From NCBI GenBank assembly GCA_028288625.1, contig JAQBNI010000122.1, forward strand, positions 27,508-91,507: a stretch of 64,000 nucleotides of DNA, read 5' to 3'. This document shows, piece by piece, positions 56,389 through 64,000 of the stretch (positions within the stretch are counted from its first letter, which is position 1; each line of letters begins with the position of its first letter). Source of the DNA: Bacteroidota bacterium. Its GTDB lineage: Bacteria > Bacteroidota > Bacteroidia > Chitinophagales > JADIYW01. The translations under genes were made by a program, and so were the position numbers. The notes beneath the pieces were generated by a model, which was not told the DNA's origin, searched no databases, and worked only from the letters and a program-made list of their open reading frames with translations.

Positions 56389-59337
56389 TTAGTTTATGGT
56401 AAATGATTTCGTCGCCTTTTCATCTTCATTCTTTACATCCCTGATCTCCAGTAAATACTGACCTTTAGCGAAACCTGCTAAGTTGAAATGTTCTTCTTCT
56501 GAAATTTCCTGGCTCAGCATTTTTTCACCGATCATGTTATAAATCGTGGCGATATACTTTCCATTCTTGTTGATGAATAACGAGAACTTTCCTGCACTTG
56601 GATTTGGATATAAATTGATATCCCAGCTTGTTTTAAATGTTTTTGGCTTGTTCACAGCCGTGATCACTTTGTCGTTTCCGAAGACAGGTAATTCTATGCG
56701 TGTAGGATACTGATCTGAAAAAGCAACGCGTTGTACGGAAACTCTCGGTGCGTATTCTGTTCCATTGAACATATACGTTCTTCCATCAGCCGGTTTTCTT
56801 CTGAAAAATTCATTCGGCATGATCGGAACATTCGCACATGACTGGAACCTCGGATAGTTACTGCTGGAGATCAATACTTTTATTTTATGTCCCTGCGCAA
56901 ACGTATATGCGATCGGGTAACACTTGAAATAATATTCATAGATCTTACCGACGTCGATGTTTGAAAAAGGTGCGTTATCATTTTCACTACCTTGTGCTAA
57001 TGACTTCGCATATTCGCGGGCACGTGCATTTACTGAGCCTTCCACGACAAAGAATTCTTTTCCATCAGGATAAACATCTAATATTCTTACAAAGAAATCG
57101 CAATCTGTTGGTCCGCTTACTGAATTTCCAGGATTAGATTTTGCGTACATTTTTACTCTCGGAAAACCAACGATAGATAATGAATCGGGTAACACTTCGG
57201 TTTCAAATTTCACAACGCCTTCCCTGTCCATGGTGAACTTTGTAAAATTAGTATCTGCTAAATTCATTTGTCCCTGTGCATCGCGATCGCCTTGCGGTGT
57301 TCTTTCGAGCATGTTTCCTCCACCAACAGTAATAATTGGATTATCCGGGTCGTGTACATAAGTTTTATAACCTTCGTCACCTGTAGGCGGCACAAAATTC
57401 ATTCTGCCGTTCTGGTGCAGGAACATATCGTGCCATACGATATCATGTGGTGGAAATTCATCACTTCCCATCCAGTAATTTCCTGCATAAGAAACAGTGC
57501 CGTCATCACTGGAAGCGCCTGTTACGTAATAGCGAAAAGTAGGAATAGTAGTATAATCAACCTGCGGTATGCCTTCAAATGGACCTGTGGTACCAAAATT
57601 AGCTAACAACGGTCCCAGATCCGGCAAATCTATTTTGAATGGGATCACCAATGTTCCCAGCCTGATTTCCACAGGTACTTGCTTTAAGCTTTTTACTCCA
57701 AGAATGAAATTTAAAAGATCTGCAAATGGTATCTTATAATCGGAAGCAGGGAAACGAACTTCGATTTGCGGCAACTGCGGCAATGGCTGTTGCCATCTTT
57801 TCGATTGTGGGATTAAAACTTTCGGTTCACCTACATTATTATATCCGTGATAATTCAGGTTGTACCTGAACCAGCTGATCAATTCCGATTTTGCAATGTC
57901 TGCAATATTTAAACCTGCACCACCTGCACCAAGGTTAGAAATATCGATCCTGGTAATATCGGTTACGTTATGAGGATATATTTTGTCGCCTGTTTTTGTA
58001 GATGCTATTGTTTGATGTGCCCATGGACCGATAACGATCTTTTGCAATCTTTTATTTACTGTAATGTTATCCTGGATGCGCTGTGTAGTTTCTATTGATC
58101 CATCCACGAAAATATCCCACCAGCCTGAAACCAGGAATGCAGGTACTTCAATATTTCTATAGCGTGAATATTGACCGTTCTTATCTCCTTCCCCATTAAT
58201 ATCTACCGGCGCGTGACTTGCATCCATATCACCGCGACCTAACGAGTTTGGATAATAACCGCAGGGGCTGTTTTCATATCTCACTGTTACGAAGTGATCT
58301 ATTGCTTTGTTTGATGCATCAAATTTATCCGGTGTGCCATAATCTTTTGAAGAGTGAATATCATCATCGATCCCTCCGTCAATTCCCATTAACTCATCAC
58401 GTGTATCCTTTATTTGTCCGCGTAACCAACCGGTTACCAGTCCATCTCTCAAACAGCCGTTCCAGAAGCCGGTACTTTTGTAAAACTCTAACGGTCCAAC
58501 AATAGGGAACATCATTTTCAAGCCTGGTTTTGTGGGATCAATTTTATGAGCTGCAGCAGCCTGTAACTGGTTATAACCTAAAGCAGAAGCGCCAAACGTT
58601 CCGATGGAACCATTATATACGAGTGCTGTATCATTAAATATCCCGTCATGATTCAGGTCGTAAGTTCTGACCAGTTGGTTCTTTACAAATTCAATCGTGT
58701 TATATCCATCTTCATGATTATTTCCATTCCTGGGATCTGATGGTGCAGTTATATCCAATACATGCGTATAATTGTGATAAGGCCATTTTTTCCAGCTATC
58801 TGAATACAAGGGAAGATAAGCTCCCTGCGACGTATATCTGCCCCGCATATCCTGAACCGCGCCTACATAACCGAGGAGTGACATTGCAGAGCCTTCTATT
58901 GCCCCTTCTTTATTATAAGGTGTTCTTTCGAGCACCATCGGAAGTTGATATGGATTTGGATTAGGCTGCCCGTTAATACTGTCATAAATAATGAACTGCG
59001 CACCTTTTGGTAGTATTACAGCATTGATAGGAATTTTTATAGGCGGAAATGGCGCAGGTAAAAGTTGAAAAGTAAATGTATCGTTGTATGCAAAACTGTC
59101 CTGCAGGATCGGAAGATAAATATCCGTCATTAACTTAGTGCCGTCCGGCATGGTAAATGGTACCGTTGTACAGGTGGAAAAATCCGATATGTCATCTATC
59201 TTTCCATTTACACTGCTGCCCGGAACTTCATGGGCTCCCGGTATCGGGAAATATTTGGTTTGTGCTTTTACCTGGATAAACGTACAAGCTAATAAGATCA
59301 GGGGTAGAAACTTTCTCATATTTATTTTTGTTTTCAC
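56389..59337 (-). CDS. CocE/NonD-family (peptidase S15-like) hydrolase with T9SS C-terminal sorting domain
   Basis: 982 aa with ERTPYNK and surrounding S15-type pattern. The C-terminal LYPNPSAGKFSLF...LLEIRD is a T9SS type A domain. Confidence 0.8.
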   Translation of the reverse strand: MKTKINMRKFLPLILLACTFIQVKAQTKYFPIPGAHEVPGSSVNGKIDDISDFSTCTTVPFTMPDGTKLMTDIYLPILQDSFAYNDTFTFQLLPAPFPPIKIPINAVILPKGAQFIIYDSINGQPNPNPYQLPMVLERTPYNKEGAIEGSAMSLLGYVGAVQDMRGRYTSQGAYLPLYSDSWKKWPYHNYTHVLDITAPSDPRNGNNHEDGYNTIEFVKNQLVRTYDLNHDGIFNDTALVYNGSIGTFGASALGYNQLQAAAAHKIDPTKPGLKMMFPIVGPLEFYKSTGFWNGCLRDGLVTGWLRGQIKDTRDELMGIDGGIDDDIHSSKDYGTPDKFDASNKAIDHFVTVRYENSPCGYYPNSLGRGDMDASHAPVDINGEGDKNGQYSRYRNIEVPAFLVSGWWDIFVDGSIETTQRIQDNITVNKRLQKIVIGPWAHQTIASTKTGDKIYPHNVTDITRIDISNLGAGGAGLNIADIAKSELISWFRYNLNYHGYNNVGEPKVLIPQSKRWQQPLPQLPQIEVRFPASDYKIPFADLLNFILGVKSLKQVPVEIRLGTLVIPFKIDLPDLGPLLANFGTTGPFEGIPQVDYTTIPTFRYYVTGASSDDGTVSYAGNYWMGSDEFPPHDIVWHDMFLHQNGRMNFVPPTGDEGYKTYVHDPDNPIITVGGGNMLERTPQGDRDAQGQMNLADTNFTKFTMDREGVVKFETEVLPDSLSIVGFPRVKMYAKSNPGNSVSGPTDCDFFVRILDVYPDGKEFFVVEGSVNARAREYAKSLAQGSENDNAPFSNIDVGKIYEYYFKCYPIAYTFAQGHKIKVLISSSNYPRFQSCANVPIMPNEFFRRKPADGRTYMFNGTEYAPRVSVQRVAFSDQYPTRIELPVFGNDKVITAVNKPKTFKTSWDINLYPNPSAGKFSLFINKNGKYIATIYNMIGEKMLSQEISEEEHFNLAGFAKGQYLLEIRDVKNEDEKATKSFTIN

Positions 59338-59416
59338 CTAAATTTACACTTTTAATCGAACTGTTAATAATACTTAATTCTTTTTTTTAAGAATTCCTTT
59401 CAAATCACAAAAAACC

Positions 59417-60205
59417 ATGACAGAACTCCGGGAAATTATTAGTGAACAAGGATTACTGATTATATTAAATCTTATTATTATTGAAAGTTTATTGTCCGTT
59501 GATAATGCTGCTGTGCTTGCAACAATGGTATTAGACCTTCCGAAGAGACAGCGTAACAAAGCTTTAAAATATGGAATATTCGGTGCATATATTTTTCGCG
59601 GTATATGTTTGCTGCTTGCTGCATGGCTGATAAAAATATGGTGGCTGAAAGCAGTTGGCGGTTTATATCTTGTCTATCTTTTTTATAAATATTTCAAATC
59701 CAAAGCAACATCTAAAAAAGAGGATGATCTTCTGAATAAAAAGGAAGGGAAGTTTTATAAGTACACATTTGGCTTAGTGGGCAAATTCTGGTCAACCGTA
59801 ATTCTTGTAGAAGTGATGGATCTTGCATTTTCCATTGACAATGTGTTTGCAGCAGTGGCGTTTACGGATAATATTTATTTGGTCTGGACAGGTGTTTTTA
59901 TCGGGATACTCACCATGCGTTTCGTTACGCAGGGATTTGTAAAATTGATGGAAAAATTCCCCTTCCTTGAAACATCTGCATTCGTGGTGATCGGGCTATT
60001 AGGAATAAAATTATTGCTCTCTGTTCCTTCACATTTTTTGAAGGACGATCTTTATGCTTTTGCTTTTATCGATAGTGAAAGATTCGATTTTTATATTTCC
60101 ATGGGCACAGTAGCCGTTTTTATCCTTCCACTTATTACATGCTATCTTTTTAATTACCCTAAAAGAAGCAGTATTAAGCCTTCCTCGCCAGATAATGATG
60201 AATAG
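59417..60205 (+). CDS. TerC-family integral membrane protein
   Basis: 262 aa. LLSVDNAAVLA and FSIDNVFA are the duplicated TerC motifs. Confidence 0.85.
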   Translation: MTELREIISEQGLLIILNLIIIESLLSVDNAAVLATMVLDLPKRQRNKALKYGIFGAYIFRGICLLLAAWLIKIWWLKAVGGLYLVYLFYKYFKSKATSKKEDDLLNKKEGKFYKYTFGLVGKFWSTVILVEVMDLAFSIDNVFAAVAFTDNIYLVWTGVFIGILTMRFVTQGFVKLMEKFPFLETSAFVVIGLLGIKLLLSVPSHFLKDDLYAFAFIDSERFDFYISMGTVAVFILPLITCYLFNYPKRSSIKPSSPDNDE

Positions 60206-60294
60206 AATTTTTTGAAATTCAGTAACTCTTCTATAAAAAATTGTAATTTGCATATACAATTTTTTTAAATATAGATCACCAAAAAACATTCATT

Positions 60295-60738
60295 ATGAAA
60301 ACTACAATTAAAATTTCGCTTTTATTTGCAGCATTCTATTTTGTTGCAGGCAATTTCACTATGGCACAAGACAAGCCATTCAAGGATGGAACAGTATGGC
60401 AATTATCATTTATTAAAAGCAAGCCTAACATGGGCGAGGAATACCTGAAAGGTTTAAGCGCCACCTGGAAAAAAGTTCATGACGAAGCAATAAAACAAGG
60501 ACTCCTGGTGTCATACAAAATATTATCCGGTGAGGCGTCAAACCCCGGTGACTGGGATATTTTGTTGATGGAAGAATTTAAAAATATGGCTGCTATGGAA
60601 GGACAAGATGCAAAATGGGATGCTATTATGACCAGCGTGGTTGGCAACCAGGACCAGCAAAAAGCACTGAGTATGAAACGCGTGGAGATACGCGATATTT
60701 ATGGCGGTAAGATGATGAGAGAATTGGTGTATAAATAA
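60295..60738 (+). CDS. Hypothetical secreted protein
   Basis: 147 aa with a signal peptide. Confidence 0.6.
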   Translation: MKTTIKISLLFAAFYFVAGNFTMAQDKPFKDGTVWQLSFIKSKPNMGEEYLKGLSATWKKVHDEAIKQGLLVSYKILSGEASNPGDWDILLMEEFKNMAAMEGQDAKWDAIMTSVVGNQDQQKALSMKRVEIRDIYGGKMMRELVYK

Positions 60739-60765
60739 TTAATGTTGTACATATCACCTTATATA

Positions 60766-60795
60766 GGCGCGTTGATAACGCGCTATTTTTTTTTT
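60766..60795 (+). terminator. Rho-independent terminator
   Basis: GCGCGTT-GAT-AACGCGC followed by TA and T10. Confidence 0.7.
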
Positions 60796-60850
60796 GATTA
60801 AAATCATTTTTTTATTTTATCTTATTTATATTTATAAAATCAATATTGCT

Positions 60851-61837
60851 ATGAAAATAAAATTACTATTCAGCGCTTTTCTCATTTCGTTAGCTACCAT
60901 AATAAGTTGCAAAAAGGAATCTACCACTACAAAAAACAATAATCCTGTTATCCCAAAAGTAAAAAAGGCTCCTGTGCTGACTACATCCGCCATCACATCG
61001 ATTATCGATACTACCGCAGTTTCGGGGGGCTCAATTTCCGACAGCGGAAGCTCAGCCATTATTGAACGCGGTATATGCTGGAATACGACCGGGCATCCAA
61101 CTATTTTTGATAAAAGGACACAAAGCGGAACAGGTATGGGCAACTTTACCATCACGATGACCAACCTGATATCCTTAAAAACATATTACGTACGTGCTTA
61201 TGCCGGCAATAGCGATACGGTGGGTTATGGCAATGAAGTATCGTTCACAACACTTGTTGTAGATATTGACGGAAATATATACCACGCAGTAACTATCGGT
61301 ACACAAACGTGGCTTGTCGAAAATCTGAAAACCTCAAGATATAATGATGGGGGCACCATTACAACCGACTTGGATAGTATAAGCTGGGGTAACACTTTTT
61401 TCGGAGCATATGCTTATTACAATAATGATCCCTCCACAAATGCTACTTATGGAAAGCTATACAACTGGGATGCTGTTTATACAGGGAAACTGGCGCCCAA
61501 AGGCTGGCATGTTCCGAGCTTCGATGAAATGACTACACTGACTGATTATTTAGGTGGAAATTTTGGATCAGGTGGTGCTATGAAAGAAACAGGCACGCTG
61601 CATTGGCAAACACCAAATACGGGGGCAACTAATGTAAGCGGCTTTACAGCCTTACCGGGCGGGGAACGAGACCTGGACGGTTCGTACTCCGGGTTCGGCA
61701 CAAACAATTATTACTGGACGACCCGAGGTCTCCCTGGCGCAGGATGGGCACTTTCATTAGATTATTCGACAGCAAATACTTCATTGAATTACTACTATGA
61801 TAACTACGGCTTTTCGATACGCTGCTTAAAAAATTAA
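60851..61837 (+). CDS. FISUMP domain lipoprotein (chromosomal paralog of 28674..29974)
   Basis: Lipoprotein signal MKIKLLFSAFLISLATIISCKK. The pattern TIGTQTWLVENL...YGKLYNW...GWHVP...GFTALPGG...SIRCLK matches the family. The ORF-track start 60794 was rejected. Confidence 0.8.
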   Translation: MKIKLLFSAFLISLATIISCKKESTTTKNNNPVIPKVKKAPVLTTSAITSIIDTTAVSGGSISDSGSSAIIERGICWNTTGHPTIFDKRTQSGTGMGNFTITMTNLISLKTYYVRAYAGNSDTVGYGNEVSFTTLVVDIDGNIYHAVTIGTQTWLVENLKTSRYNDGGTITTDLDSISWGNTFFGAYAYYNNDPSTNATYGKLYNWDAVYTGKLAPKGWHVPSFDEMTTLTDYLGGNFGSGGAMKETGTLHWQTPNTGATNVSGFTALPGGERDLDGSYSGFGTNNYYWTTRGLPGAGWALSLDYSTANTSLNYYYDNYGFSIRCLKN

Positions 61838-62494
61838 TTATTTCTTCAATCGGTCTTTAAAAACTTTTTCAAACTTTTCAATCTTCGGCTGAATAACGTA
61901 GGCACAATAGCCTTGAGACTTATTGTTATTGTAATAATTCTGGTGATAATCTTCCGCCTTATAAAATTTATCAAATTGTGTTACCTCTGTTACGATCGGT
62001 GAAGGATATGCATGCGCTTTATTTAATTCGGAAATAATTTCTTCTGCAGCTTTTTTCTGCGCATCATTATGGTAAAAAACAACTGAACGGTATTGCGTAC
62101 CTACATCATTTCCCTGCTGGTTTAATGTAGTCGGATCATGCATTGTAAAGAACACTTTCAATATTTCTGAAAAAGGAACCTTTGAGGGATCAAAAGTTAT
62201 ATGGATCACTTCCGCATGACCTGTAGTTCCTGTGCAAACATCTCTATAGGATGGATTTTTTTCTTTCCCGCCGGAGAACCCTGATTCTACTTTTTCAACG
62301 CCATCCAAACGCTGGAATACGGCTTCCATGCACCAGTAACATCCGCCGCCAAGTGTGGCAACTTCTAAATTTTTATTCATTGGTTTTTCCGCTTTTTTAA
62401 ATGGTTTATTTTCTGCCAACTGTGGTTGATTCTGCGCGTGATTACATCCCGCCAGGAATAATAAACTCAAAATAGTGAAAAATGATTTCATCAT
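61838..62494 (-). CDS. msrA: Peptide-methionine (S)-S-oxide reductase, exported/lipoprotein form
   Basis: GGGCYWCMEAVF and GHAEVI, with an N-terminal signal ending in LAGC. The start is approximate (the ORF track extends to 62524). Confidence 0.9.
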   Translation of the reverse strand: MMKSFFTILSLLFLAGCNHAQNQPQLAENKPFKKAEKPMNKNLEVATLGGGCYWCMEAVFQRLDGVEKVESGFSGGKEKNPSYRDVCTGTTGHAEVIHITFDPSKVPFSEILKVFFTMHDPTTLNQQGNDVGTQYRSVVFYHNDAQKKAAEEIISELNKAHAYPSPIVTEVTQFDKFYKAEDYHQNYYNNNKSQGYCAYVIQPKIEKFEKVFKDRLKK

Positions 62495-62598
62495 AACATT
62501 TTTAATACTATGATATACGTACAAATATCCTGCCCCGGTTTTCTTTCTATAAGACGTATTGTGTTAAAGAAGGTTATCTGTTTTTCACTAGAAAGAAA

Positions 62599-64000
62599 TC
62601 ATTTAAAAACCTGGTATGCAATAAGGGAAACGATGTAAGCGGTGCCGGTCATATATATAAACTGAATGGCAGGCCATTTCCAGCTTCTTGTTTCGCGGTA
62701 AACAGTAGCGAGTGTGCTCATGCATTGCATGGCAAACAAATAAAATAACACGAGTGATAAGGCTACAGCCATTGTAAACACGGGCTTTCCTTCCTCATTC
62801 TTTTCCATTTGCAGTTTTTGCTTTATCGTTAAATTATCTGCATGTTTTCCGATAGAATATAAGGTAGAGATCGTTCCGACAAACACTTCACGCGCTGCAA
62901 AGGAAGTGATCAATGCAATACCGATCTTCCAGTCGAATCCCAATGGTTTTATAACCGGTTCAATTAATCTTCCCGTATAACCTGCAAAAGAATATTCCAG
63001 TTTTTTAGAAGCGATATTCATTTCCGTTGTTTCTTTATCGGAATGCAATAAAGATGATTCTATAGCCGCTGCATTTTCCGCTTCCTTCATTTTTTTCGGC
63101 GGACCAAAGCTTGCGAGAAACCAAAGGATGAGCGACACGATCAAAATAACTTTTCCTGCGCCAAACACAAAAGCACTCACCTTTTCATACAGCGTATAAA
63201 AAACATTTTTCCAGTGCGGCTTCCGGTATTCCGGCAACTCCAGCATTAAAAAAGAATATTCTTCAGACTTCAATATTTTTTTAAAGACAAAAGCAGAAGT
63301 CAGCGCTGCGACAATTCCGATAATATACAAAGCCATGAATACAAGTCCCTGCGAATTAAAATAACCGATCTTATATCTCGGCACAATAAAACCGATGAGG
63401 ATCGCAAATACAGGAATACGTGCTGAACAACTGATCAGCGGCGTTACCATAATAGTGATCAGTCTTTCTTTCCAGTTGCTGATCGTGCGCGTGCTCATGA
63501 TCGCAGGCACAGCGCATGCACCGCCGGAGATCAGCGAAACAATGCTTCTGCCATTCATCCCGAATCGCTGCATGATATTATCAAACATATACACCGCGCG
63601 CGACATGTAACCTACTTCTTCCAACAATGTGATCAGTAAAAATAAAATAGTGATCTGCGGTACGAAGATCAGGATACCGCTGATGCCCGGAATTAATCCT
63701 TCGGTCAATAACTTAGTAAAAAGGTTTGATGGCAACGTGTTTTGCAGGAATGTAGCAAGGGTTGCGAATTCGAGATCTATCCAATCCATCGGAATAATTG
63801 ACCAGGAAAATATTGCCTGGAAGATCAGGAACATCAATGCAAAAAATATAAGCGGACCGAAAACTTTATGCGTAACGATCACATCAATTTTATCCGTTAA
63901 TGTTTTGGCGTTTGCAAATGATTTGCTCAGTACCTTGCTCAGCACGGGAATAAATTTATTATACCGCTGCATGATCTCGTCGAGCTGGTTGTTTACCGGG
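62599..64000 (-). CDS. feoB: Ferrous iron transporter FeoB, C-terminal membrane portion (gene continues beyond the window)
   Basis: A polytopic region with FeoB gate/nucleoside-recognition-type repeats. The reading frame stays open upstream of the listed Met to the window edge, so the N-terminal G-domain is outside the window. Confidence 0.8.
   Translation of the reverse strand, partial: PVNNQLDEIMQRYNKFIPVLSKVLSKSFANAKTLTDKIDVIVTHKVFGPLIFFALMFLIFQAIFSWSIIPMDWIDLEFATLATFLQNTLPSNLFTKLLTEGLIPGISGILIFVPQITILFLLITLLEEVGYMSRAVYMFDNIMQRFGMNGRSIVSLISGGACAVPAIMSTRTISNWKERLITIMVTPLISCSARIPVFAILIGFIVPRYKIGYFNSQGLVFMALYIIGIVAALTSAFVFKKILKSEEYSFLMLELPEYRKPHWKNVFYTLYEKVSAFVFGAGKVILIVSLILWFLASFGPPKKMKEAENAAAIESSLLHSDKETTEMNIASKKLEYSFAGYTGRLIEPVIKPLGFDWKIGIALITSFAAREVFVGTISTLYSIGKHADNLTIKQKLQMEKNEEGKPVFTMAVALSLVLFYLFAMQCMSTLATVYRETRSWKWPAIQFIYMTGTAYIVSLIAYQVFK

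Noticed and set aside
59338-59416. A yybP-ykoY (manganese) riboswitch upstream of the TerC-family gene
   Set aside because: The upstream spacer is only ~80 nt, is AT-rich and shows no conserved helices, so it is too short and featureless for that riboswitch.

Overview
This looks like a Bacteroidota chromosome segment. The evidence is T9SS C-terminal sorting domains, FISUMP lipoproteins, a TonB-dependent receptor and a TAnnTTTG-type promoter box. All calls rest on motifs read from the supplied translations and on repeats read in the nucleotides; no database search was run.

The window has three parts.

(1) 1-9,990: core or accessory genes. These are a fatty-acid hydroxylase, an S45 penicillin/AHL-acylase-family protein, and two tandem T9SS-secreted alpha/beta-hydrolase-like paralogs.

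(2) About 9,990-35,946: a visibly more A+T-rich integrative island of about 26 kb.
- Boundaries: a perfect 17-bp direct repeat (GTAGTCCCTGCGAGAAT) that corresponds to the 3' end of a tRNA. The right copy sits in a chimeric pseudo-tRNA, next to a tyrosine integrase and about 290 bp from an intact tRNA-Arg(CCT).
- Maintenance genes: integrase, excisionase-like HTH and a possible rolling-circle Rep. There are no capsid or conjugation genes.
- Cargo: a 15.7-kb co-directional array of defence-like genes.
  - (a) A tightly packed five-gene operon. It encodes an SMC/ABC-like ATPase, a protein-kinase-fold protein, a 1057-aa type IIG-like N6-adenine methyltransferase with an N-terminal PD-ExK motif, a HARE-HTH/DUF559-like nuclease, and a 135-aa unknown. 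The domain set recalls Pgl/BREX type 2 or MADS, but PglZ and the Brx proteins are absent.
  - (b) An FRG-domain protein.
  - (c) An eight-gene, translationally coupled operon of unknowns. It includes a membrane-anchored CoiA-like PD-(D/E)xK protein, a polytopic membrane protein and a 602-aa protein with an RNxxxH (HEPN-like) motif.
  - (d) A divergent module: a 2-TM protein, a radical-SAM/SPASM maturase, and a coupled 62-aa peptide ending in WSS-HDN-HRD.
- I consider (a) and (c) the best candidates for undescribed systems.

(3) 36,283-64,000: housekeeping genes. These are tRNA-Arg, metG, ldcA-like, HIT, greA, rsmA, pepA, pdxA, a MoxR/VWA pair, GT2, a TonB-dependent receptor, an S15 hydrolase, TerC, msrA and feoB (partial). 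Several families of intergenic palindromic or tandem repeats are interspersed among them.
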